Shown here: positions 10,824-22,800 of the stretch, in pieces
Position numbering within the stretch: the first letter of the stretch is position 1
Layout of the letters: each line of letters opens with the position of its first letter
Assembly: GCA_965637545.1 (NCBI GenBank)
Contig: OZ281495.1
Span: forward strand, 22,754,001 to 22,818,000
DNA: 64,000 nt
Reading direction: 5' to 3'
Source: Phallusia mammillata
Taxonomy: Eukaryota
The notes under the pieces: generated by a model
Told to the model about the DNA's origin: nothing
What the model saw: the letters and a program-made list of their open reading frames with translations, nothing else
Database searches by the model: none
Program-made: the position numbers and the translations under genes

Positions 10824-13800
10824 TCACCTCACTTCTCTCTCCTTAATAGCTTTGTCTTTGAGAATAAGCTGGTAGGCCACTTCAAACGCCTGGCCGAGAG
10901 TAAGGATGATCTCATACGCCATGTCCTAAAAAGAAATAGAGTTTCATTTTACTGTCCTGGTCTCTATGACAACAACATATGGTTACGGTAAAAGTGTTGA
11001 TGTAATGCAAATGTGGTCGAACAGAAGACTTACCATGGTCGTGACCCGGAACACGTGACAATAGTGATGTCCAGTTCTGACGTCATGCGTGATGTAAGCA
11101 AACGTCGAAAGGTCTTCGGAATCTTGCGAGGCGAACGAGATATTGCAGATTTCGTGTTCGGCGATTTCATGCTGTGAAGAAAATATAAGTTTTAGCCGAT
11201 GAACCAATTCCGGGAAAGGTGTTTTATCTAATATTTGCTCTAGCTCCTGAAGATGTATTCTACAATTGTGTATAATTGTGCCATGAGTTAAAATCACCAG
11301 CAACTGCTTTGGCTAACCTGTGATTTGGAGTCGATGAATTTAACACCAGTGTAATTGATGGACAACATTATGGTAGGAATTTTCTTCATTGAATCGGTGG
11401 AACGTCGCATCTTGGCACAAGCTCCCATAGTTGATTCGACGCCCTTCAGCTCGTGGATGAGCATAGACCCGAGGTACTAAAATCAAAATGAAAAAGTTTA
11501 AATAAAACGAAAAATAAAAATACAGCATTTGATTTTACAGGAGATTTAGTGCATGCTAAACAAAAATCACACAAAATGTAAGCCTGACAGAAAAGTGTGC
11601 CAACTACATCACAACTTACGTATGCTTGGTAGTTGCAGCAGGCGGTAATAAGTTTTTCTGCATTATGACGCCACGCGTGGACCGACACTTCACTTGTGGT
11701 CTCGTTTGGCGGTCGCAAGCTCAAACCTTCACCAGAGGCCGACTCTGTTGAAAGGTAAATCGCTCGTTCCACGTCGGGAATATCGGTCGAGTTGCTCGGT
11801 TTGCTCTGTACAGATAAAAAGTGTTTAATACAAGTTCGTGTTCGCAAATGTATGCCTATAAAGACGCCACAGATAGTCAAGTTAATCATGAACAGGTATG
11901 ACTACAAGTGTAAATTTAGGGTAAGTTATAAAGCTCTTCTGGCAACTGTATTTTTATACCGACATTTCAACGTCCTATACAGGTCGCCTGCATCAGGGTA
12001 AATAACACTGAATGCACGTAGTTCAGTGCACGATAAACGAAGGAAAAACAGCTTATATATTGTGATTTTAAAGGCCATGTGTAAAAAGCTAAACCAAATA
12101 GGACTCACACTAAAGCTAAATCTCTAAACCTGTCAGAAATACACACCATTCTGAGATTTTCCTTTTGTTCACTATCGACGCTTCTCAGTGATGACGACGA
12201 CTTATGATGAGATCGCTGTCTGTGGTGCGAAGGTCGAGCGCTGCTGTTCGAATTCTGGCGCGAATGTTTGGGCTTGGAACTCTTCTCCACAAAAACGGAC
12301 AGCTCCGTGCGACGTGTCCGCGACGAGTGTGAACCCGACCGTGACCGAGGCTTCGACCTCTCGCTGTCACGTGATGATTTACGGCCGTGGTGACGGTGAC
12401 GGGAATGAGTTGAATCTTTTGCTGTTTCTGGTGACTTATTTGAACTGCGTCCACGGGATTCGACAGCAGCAGGCTCGCCTTGAGTTGGCACTCTATCGTT
12501 AGTTGCTTGTTTGGTGCTGGCGGCGCTGCTACCACTTCCAGTGCTGCTCACAGTGCCAGAAGGGAAGGCCGGTGACGTGTTGTCGGCACTTCGTGTGCTG
12601 GACAAAGTAGTAGCACGCGATTTCACGATGTTCGTGTAATCCTTGAAGAAATTGGCAGAGTCCAACAGCGGACTGCGAGACAGAGGTGGGCTGGCTTTGG
12701 CCTAAAAATCAAAACATATTCGGGTAAACAGACAGTTTAAGGCTTAAGCTAAAACCTTTACTATAATTGGCAAAGAAACGAAAATACATCCACCCGTATT
12801 GTCGACAAGTTTTCTATTTCCAAAAGAAATAAACTCGACTCAAACCTAAAAACGTAAGCATGAACTGCTGCAAACGTACTGCAGGCCTATCGCCATATCA
12901 AGTGACTGACTTTGTTGAACAATTCATTAATTAAACAGTCACTAGACTACGCCGACAGCAATAACGCACTTTATCAATAGTATATAGCAGTGCATTGTTC
13001 TAGTCAAAGGGTGTGACGTGCACATACAACTTATTTTGCATTGCAAGCTGATGTCACGAGTTTACATCAACCAACGCGTCTGACTCACATTTTTCTATAT
13101 TGCACTGCTACACTATATATGCTATCGTATATCACATTTAATTGTCTTGTCTTTCCATATCAACATACAAGTTTGCATAGCAGATGCCGATATACAAACT
13201 GCTACCCAAACGCCTGGTTGAAGAGTTGGCCTATACTCAGACCAACTTGTCTGCCCTGCAGTCCGCCAATTCACATTCTATGAATAGCATTGGCTCTCCG
13301 TCGCTGACATACAGCTTGTCCCTGCCTGATAGGTTCAATACAGGCCCTTCTCAAGGCTGAAACTGACGCGCAGCAATTTCCACCTGTCCCTGGCCGCTTA
13401 TGGCGCGAGTAATGGCTGATGGGAAACACGCGCGTTACGTCATGTCCGGATTAGAAAACAGGCCCAGTGAACAAGGCTGATGCGTGCCTGCATGCCGTGT
13501 CCGCACTACTGTGAGCCTGTATAGTGTCATACAGGAAGGCTTGCACGGCGGGTAACTAAGATTAATGCGGGACGCTTGCACGGGGTAATAACGAAACCGA
13601 CGTAATATACTGCTCATGGAGGGCGTGGTTGATGATTGCGTATGACTCATTTTTACCTGGCTATTGGTTCTGCTTCGTGTGGAACGGTTGGATCCTGACT
13701 TCTTATCATCCTTTGAGCGACCAAAGAGTGATGCTTTGACTCGTTTGAAGTGACCGCGTTTGGAGACAAGCTAAAAATAATTTAATGATAACAAGTTGAA

Positions 13801-16800
13801 ATATTATTTATATATATATATATACTGCAACACATTTCTTTACGCATTGTTTACGAAACACTGCCATCAAAATGAACTAGGACTTACAGGTTTGAAATCA
13901 GATTCGGTCATTAGTCGAACGGCTTTCATGGAGTCATAGCCCTTGGTCACGAAAGCAACTTCATATTGCACAAGTTGAAGGGACTCCAGCCATTTCTCAA
14001 CGCTAGACGGCGCTACGGGGTCGTCGGGCGACACAAGAGGATGGAGACGGGGCAGGTTTTTGGCAGATTCGAGCAGCCGTCTGCGATGAGATTCGTCTCG
14101 AATGTCCATGTCGATAAGGTCCTGCTCCTCTAATATATCACCGGCCTTGAAAAAATACATTGCTTATTCAACAATGCGACACAGGCATTTAAATCGAATT
14201 TTGTCGCGATTTGATTGCTAACTTAGAATCAAGCAGTGTTTTTTATTAGCTAAAAGAACTTACCAAAAAGTCGACGTTGTCAAAACCATTTCCCTCCAGC
14301 ACAGTCTCGTACTGTTGAAGGCCGAGCTCAGCCAGCCACGTGCTTACTTGACGGGGAAGTTCCGATCCTGCAAAACAACACAACATTAAAATCTGAAAAA
14401 CACTCGAATTCAAGCGGACACAAATGGTAGTAATGTGATTTGCAACCACAGTGGCGAGAAACATGCGAGAAAATTTTAGCAGCGCGCGTGAGAAAATGTT
14501 TATTGGCCTTCGGGTCTTAAGTGCGGCGGCGGAATGGAGTTAATTATGCGCTTTCTGGGCACCCGTCGCTGCACGCTGCTATAACATAAAACCACTACGA
14601 TGGAGATAGTTCTGTGCTGGGCTTTTACATGGTCGGGGACCAGAAAGACAGACTGGTTTGCTTTTCGTAAGCCGACAGTGCGGTTTGTGGCTGCTGCACT
14701 CTGACACCGTGGTGTGGACAACACAAACACTGGCTCCGAGCGAACGAGGGACGATTCATGGAGAGCAAGCGAGGCGTGAGATTGATTTGATAGTCAACAG
14801 TGGACGAGGGTGTACATATTAATGGTCGGCGCAACACCAACATATACAAACCAAGTGTTGAAGTATGGAAAATCCCGACACTATTACTATGGCTAAAACA
14901 GTACTGTAACACTTTTTGCGGTAATTGCAAATATTTCCACGCCAGACGTTGGCGATGGGCGGAACAGTGCCTTGTCAATTAGGTAAAGCTGAAATGCAGT
15001 TCTTTTGTGGCACCTGTAACAGGTGCTACATAATGAACTGGGACAGGCAGGAAGGGCATGAGCCATACACCTGGTTTATAAATCGTGCACAAAAATCGAA
15101 TACCTGACGAAAGCATTAAAAACCTGCCCTGCGTCAACACAACGCACCCAACAGATGGTGAAAATACACTGGCGTAGTGGGATTTTTGAGAAACGGGATT
15201 ATCAGACTCTGAATTCAAAGGTCGTTAAACGTGTGTGTTGCAGGTTCGCTGCGTTGGGCCGGAGAAGGTGGCAATTTATCGACCGTTGACCGGCATCACG
15301 TTTCACGCAATGCGATTAGGTGGATTAAAAAATCGCATAGCGGTAAGAAATTGACCCAGGAAATTGCAGAGTCAGCATTAGTAGCGAATTTAAAGGATTC
15401 CATAAATCCCTAAAGCTGCATTTAAAGGCTACTAAAGGTTTTTACGCCCAGCGATAATGTAACGAAAGTGTCTTTGAAAAGATGCAACTCGATCAGCTTC
15501 AAGGCTGCTGAATTGCCAGTGCCCTTAGTAGTCAATCAATCTATTTTTACATGCAATCTTTATTGCACCATTGGGTCCAGGCCAGATTCGATCCTGCGCG
15601 AAAATTTATTGCAGGCTGAGATCGATTGGACTTTGAGCGTTTGGGAACGTTCGCTTATTGATCCGCCACTCAGCCAGAAATGCAATAAACAACGTTGATA
15701 ATTAAGACATTGCGCCAAGTGCCCCGACGGCCGGCGAACGTGGGTTGAAAGCAAATTACCTGTCATAATTTTCCAGAAGGTCTCCTCAAATTCCTTAGCG
15801 TAGACTGGACCTTTGTTCAGGCCGCCACCGACAGAGGACATTATACTGGCAATCTGAAGAGCAAAAGAAACAACGTTACATACAGATTTCATACTTTAGT
15901 GACTTAATTCTGTTGCCGACACTGACAGTGTAACTTTAAGACTGTATAGAAGCTATGAAAAAGACCAACTTAATTTTGTCGTTGGATTTTTTCTTACCTG
16001 AGCCCATTCATCCTGATCATTTTCATCCTGTTTTGAATCCACCGAGGGAAGTTGGGACTTAGCAAGAGTCGAGGAGGCGGAGGACCCAGAGGCAGGATCA
16101 CTGCTGCTTCCTAGATAAATATATATTTTGTTTGTGATCCCATTCCCAAGGCAGCATATGCAAATTACATTTAATTGCGTTTCTTAACTGACTACGTATT
16201 ATGTCGATACCGTACCTTGTGACGATCTGCTTCTTACTGCAGTGACTGTATCGACAATTGTAGCTAGGTCAGGTAGGCGATCACCAGGCGATTCCAACTT
16301 CTCTGATGAGCTTTTGGACTTGGATGAATTTGCGCTGTTGTTATTGTTGTTGTCGTAGAATGAATTGTGGCGTTTGTGTTCAGTATAACGCGGTTTGGAA
16401 TCTACAAGAATTTACCAAACTATCAACACCGCCAACAACTTCATAAAATTTCGGTAAAGAACAATAGCTACTGACCTTTTGATGAAAGCCGCGACTGTGA
16501 AACCCGAGGGGTCGAAGTTTCCTTGATCATACGGCCGTCAAAATCATCCATTGAAGACGGGGAGGAGGAAAGAGGCGAATCATCTCCATCACTTCGTCCT
16601 GGTGTATATTGTCGCCTCATCTCTCTTCGCGCTTCACCGTAATGCGAAGTATCGAGGGCCAAGTCCAAGTTTCCCGGGCCTGTGCGCTTCGAAAGCCCGT
16701 CGAGAGTCATCGGGTGGCTTCGGGTCGATGCGGTCGGAATGTGATCCTTGACTATCGCTGGAGTGACGTGGGAAGCCGATCCTTCGGACAGGTCGTCGTC

Positions 16801-19800
16801 AAATTCGGCGCCGTAACCGTCGCTATCACAAGGCGACTTGTTGTGCACAGCAGAGGAATCGTATCGATGCTTAGATCGAGATCTGTAACTGGCCCCACGT
16901 ATCAAACCTGCGTCAATAAAGAGGTATATGATTACAGAACGTGCGTGATGAGTTAACTAGTAAACATGCAAAGCCGATGACATACTGTTAAATGTGCATG
17001 CAGAGAATCGCATTTTGTGCACATAATAGGCGCTACACTTTCAATATCGGAAACGCCAATGCCACTCATTGTAGCTTCCTGACCAAACTAGGTGGCTTAT
17101 TATGAAGCTCAGGTTGGGTTTGAACATTGACACACAACAAGCCACATAAATTTGCCTTAATAAGTCATCAATCAACCACAGCCTTTATGTAAACGACAAA
17201 CGGCGTAAAAGCTAAGTCCGATAATTCCTGCGCCAACCTTCACCTGTGACTTAATTGCAATCTGATTGTGGCATAATCTCGATCACTCATCGTTATGCAA
17301 CTGCTCTGATACTGTTTTAATTGCGCCACAAATCGGACTGGAACCTGTTTACTGTGAGCTGAAAAGACTGATGGTCAGCAACTATTCTGCAGGTCATCTT
17401 TGTCACGGCTTAATCCGTTTCACACAAAAATGTACAGTGAAACCTGCTTACAGAGCAATGCCTCTCCTGCCTGCTTCTCACTGCATATGTGACAGAATGC
17501 CAAGGCTCCTTTAAAAGCATTATTAAATATTGATGGCCCTGAACACGAAGAGACGGAGGTCTCGAGCGAAAATCGATGTGAAATTCCGATGCAATAATGC
17601 GATGCTAGGATTTCTCAGCGCGTTTTTTCAACAGCACAGCGATCAATAAAACCAGGTCTCGGCTTGCAGTAAACCCATATATGCATTGGTACTACATAAA
17701 GGTATCCGGCGATTTGCCGAGATACTACTGGTGCACGCACACTTTGAACCGACATGCTTGGCCGGATACAAATGCGTGAATGACGACCTCAGCGTGTTTT
17801 GTATACTTTGTTTCTCCTAACTTTACCTCTGTGCACTTGGCACACAACTCAACATAGAGCGATATTAATTTGCCTCATTAATACTTAACGATAGAGGATG
17901 TGGCACAGCTGTGAAACCCCGCAACCTTAAACATGACGCAAGAACGAAAACAGAGAATTAGAAATGCCTTTGCAGCCTTAAGCTAGCCACACTGCATGCT
18001 AAATAATTCATTGCTGTCGAAAGCTGAAGCGTAAACGAACCCTAAGCTGAAAACTGGACCGAAAGAAAATCGAATTCTGTCTAGGATGAAATAAATTCAC
18101 ATGTCCTGGCTTTCTCTGTAGGCTGGAAATAAAAAATTCATCTGTGCTTGCGATTCTCAACGCTGACGTAAGATTCGGGCGCTGTCAAACCGCAACTAAA
18201 GCGGTACACGCGTGAAGTCAGCCACTTTTGTGAAGCAATCAAGCCGTAACCACATGCAAAAGACACGCGCACGTTCCATGACACGGCTTAAAGTGGACGG
18301 CGACAGTAACGAGCGGCTTTGACGAGCCGATTAAAAAGTAACTAAGGCACAAGTTGAAAATACCCGATGCGGCAAATTGCGCAAGACAAGTACAAACAAA
18401 ACCAACCGGGCGTCGTAAACCAAGTTCAACGACAGGTAGGCTGAAGTTGCCAGGTACACAACGGTAAATTTTTGCAAGTTTCGTTACGTGAAGGCATGCG
18501 AATTAGGTCGGTGAATAAACATAGCTTGGGTTTGCGCATACCAACAAAACAAGTTCAAACTCCACCTGTCGTTAACTGCTTCCTAAAATCTTTATTTAGC
18601 TGCAACTGTATACTCTTAACTGACTGCTAAAAATTTCCCTAAACATATAAGCAAAATTATGCCCAGTGCTACGTTTGTTCTCACACTAAGACGCCAGAGT
18701 TGACAAACAAAGACGCGGCCTTCAGTGGATTAACACTACACAAGAGTCTGAAACGTTGCAATAATAATCGTTGCTGTATCTGCGGGGCATAAAAACCTGA
18801 TGACGCGCGCGCGCATGGATATTGGACAACATGAGACTTTGCCGAAAAACCAAGACTCAAGCTCAACGTCGGTTGGTCGATGGAGACCTGACGTCATCGC
18901 CGTGGGATAACGCAAACCGTAACACCAGATTCAGGCACTCGGCACTGGGTATATGCAAACCAACCAGGCGGCTTATAAGTTTAATTCATGTGAAACAACA
19001 TGCGTTTAAGGTCGGTGCGGCAAGGTGGCTGGCGTCCAACGGTATCGATGATCGAATTTGTTTGTTGCCATCTACAACACGGGCTGGTAAACCTACTACG
19101 GCTTGTACCCAACCCAAAGGGCGACGAGTCATCGCCTATGCACGCAATCGACCGATATAAGCAGAGTAACAAACAAGGTTTGCCACGGTACCATATTTGG
19201 GTGAAATTCAACCACGGCATCGACCCGAAAAAATGGTTCGGGTGAAGCTAAGCTAGGGACTGTATTCGCAAAATAGTGAAAGTGCCACCATACATCGAAT
19301 TGTCTTTCAAATCTGGGAGTCAGGAATTGGGGATTTAAAGAACATATTTAAAGCACCGTGACTCAGAAAAAGTTTGTGGACACTTATTTGTAAGCCCCTG
19401 TACCTAAATTTATCCGCACTAAAAAGATATAGCTGGCTGTTGGGCGCACAAATAGATCAACGCGATATCTTTTAGGGCGATTATATCTTAAACCGTAGTA
19501 ATATGAAACATCAATTTCATTACAGAGGCCTAAAAATTCGTACTGAATCATCAGTTTTTTCCAGCCTACAAATTCTGGATTTCCCGCGATAACAGACGTT
19601 GTGCCAAGTACTATATCCAAGCACTCCGGGCGCCGCTTCTAGGTAACTATTTATCGCAATAAACAATGGCGCGCTAGTTGGTGGCGTCCACAAATTGACG
19701 GTAACCGAATATGCTGTTGACTTGCTAATTCCGTATGGGAACAGGTGGTAAAGGAATCAAGTCCACTGTGTTTTACCAGGTACTAGTCGTCATACAGGTA

Positions 19801-22800
19801 TCGTCTTATCACTCAACAAACTCGCAGGGCTCTCTGCTTAAGTGCTATTCCGAGTGATAAACACGTTTGCGCGCCTGAGCCAAATAGCCAATAACGTTTA
19901 ATTAAAACTCGCTACGATTTGCAATTGAGAAATAGTTCGCTGAGCTGCAACCTTACCGCGGTGACGCGACGACATCTTGAACACGAAGCAAAGTGGAAAG
20001 TCGGGTAAACAACTTGTAACGTCCATGTTCGACTTAATCCGGCACGACTTGGGCGAAGCGAAGTTGCTTTCTTGGTGTTGGTGTTGTTGTTGTTTTGCTG
20101 GCTGCGGCCGCCTCGTGGTAACGGGCGAGTGCCTACGACCTTGGTTGTCTTGGCAACTTTTGCAGTGTCCAGTGTCACTCAAAGAACCAAGTTCACCACG
20201 TGAAGAAGGCCAACAACAGCAGAAGTTCAGAGGGACGATTGGCATCAACAGTGGTTTAAAGCAATTATCGTTTAGTAGGTTTCTACACGAACAGCAGCTG
20301 CAGATCTGCCAGAGCGAAGTAAACACACCACGTGTCAATAATGAATTACAGTTACGTCACTGTGCACGGGAGGTCACAGCCATCCCCTGTAGCCTAATTC
20401 TGACGCTGCCCATCTCATAAATTTTTAATTAACTCACTGCCTTGACATTACAGGTGATACCGTATGCTTATGTCATAACTAAAACATGCAAATGCCTACT
20501 TTGCCTTATCCGTATATCTGCCACGACGTAAAGTGGGTCGCGGTTACCGATGGACTGATCAACAACCATAACGGAAAATACCACTATACCAGACCTGCAT
20601 TACTTAAGAAGTTCACACACTTTTAGTGGGCAAGGACCACCTACTACATCGAACGTGACCAGAAGAAAACTGCCACAAACGTTAAACACGCCCACTTGAC
20701 CACGAAAAGATACGCTTTAGACATCGGGTCTCTTGAAGCCCATTTCGACAGTCAACGGCTAAGGTGTAATTAAAAGCGAATTCACAATTATATCTCATCG
20801 AGGCAGGTGTGCGCGTCATTAACAATTAGTTTCCTTTGATAAAAACGATAAAACGTTGCCTGAAGCTTGTCCAGACGCCGGCGGTCGAAGTTGTTTTGTC
20901 TCACCTCAACGTAAACTTTCAGGTCGCGCCAAACATTTTTAAACCTGCATAGCGCAAAGGTGGGAAGTTGTTTATTTGAACGCAGGAATACAGAACGCTT
21001 AAAGTCTGGTACGCCTGCTGGCCACGCTAAAAAAACCAACTTAATATTAAACGCTGTATATACCCTCCACTTTACCACCATTTCAAAATATTCACACAAT
21101 ATCTTCATTCCTTCACTGGCCAGCTTATTGTTCGAACACCTTTATGAATACTAAATTTGTGAAGAACTTGACTGCACTTAACTATCACACCTGTTGTACT
21201 GCTGGCCTGACAGCCGCTACTAATCTGTATTCCCGACGGTGATTTCAGACAACATTAAGTTCCCAGCAACTATCGCTTGCATTTGACGGCAATGCCCCGA
21301 ACACGAGATGGCGAGGTTTAAATTTCAAGTGTTGATCGGTCTGTGCCGCCGAGTAGCTACAAGTGCCTTTTTCACTCGAACGCAAACAAGCAACCAGGCA
21401 TCGTTTAACCGTGCCCAACCAAGCGCGATTGCCATGACGACCAACTGTTAGGGTTCAATTGCAAAACTGTGCAAACAAATGCACTTTTCCAAGCACCCGC
21501 CACGACGGCAACCTAAACTCGCCTAAATATTGTAATTCGCATTGACTTGACGTACTGAACCTCGGTTTATGACAAAGAAGTTTGGATTACGCGACAGTTG
21601 ACAGGCTTTCGAGATGACGTGGGTTTGGTCGGGAGCGTCGCAATGCGGCCAGCCACTTACAAGCCAGCTAATCCATTTGTTGCGAAACTGGGCAGTAAAC
21701 AACGCGGTTAGTAAGGCAACGAACTGCCAGCATTCGCCGCGTCAACTTTTGCCGCTATTTGCTTGATCTCGGCCCGCGGCGAAGGCGAGAGATGCTCGAA
21801 ATAGCTGACCAGTTTGGCGCAAGAACGAAACAACTTCTAGATGTGGGTTTTGTTCTAGGCTAACCTTAATCCGATTTGCGATGGACAGATAAATTGCCCA
21901 GCCATTAAGTGAGCTTTCGGCGTTTAAATGGAAGCGCCGAATTCAATTATTTCGCATTCGGCTGCAAACGACCACTCGCCGGTCACGAATAATTTATGAA
22001 GGTCCGCGCAGTTCACGATTCCTTATCAACACTAACGATCAAGTACCGCCCACTTTGCTATAATGGCTGACGTAACCTCTACACTAATTCTATAGAAACG
22101 GCATGAAACTGCTGCATTCCCTCCTGCTAAACCCTCAACTGCACTGTTCGCTGCTATCACATACACACTTACTAATGGTCAAGCACTTCAAGTCTCGTAA
22201 TATATCTTGTCCCTTATCTCCGCGTTTGTTTGCAAACAAGAATCCCTGCTGCGACCCGCCTATCGCCACACGTTCCCTGCGCGATGCAAACAGCAAGACT
22301 GGCGAACGACGAGACTTCTAATCGAGCGCGCGCGTTCTGCGACTGTTTGCGCTTTCATCAGGCTTGCGTTGGTTTCGAGCCTCCAACTGCGCGGCCTCGT
22401 CATGCTCTGACACTGATATGTCTTCACTGTCGCCACGTGACACCATGTTTTTATAGGTCGTAGCCGCCTGTTAATTTTTGCTCCTTCTGCAACACAACAG
22501 TCCAACATAGATGTGGTCCAGACCTTGTAGTTGTGTCGCACAAACTCAAAAACTATTTTGTGTTTCGACGAAACCAGGATTAGGGAAGTTCACTGTGGTT
22601 GCCCGGTTATTCACCAAGACTTTGCGTCATAATACGTAGCAATTATACCCTTCCACGGGGTTATTACCGATCAACATCCGACCTCCAAGTTACGGGTAAT
22701 GAGAGGTCAATTACAAATATTGCAAAATGTTATACAGCAGGGTTGGGCATTATGCCGTTAGAATGCGGATTCAGGTAAATACCAAATCCTAATCTGTTCT

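Noticed and set aside
10960-10973. RFX X-box-like GTCTCTATGACAAC
   Set aside because: A good match, but it lies in the last ANKS1 intron, far from any supported promoter. No comparable site was found upstream of ANKUB1.
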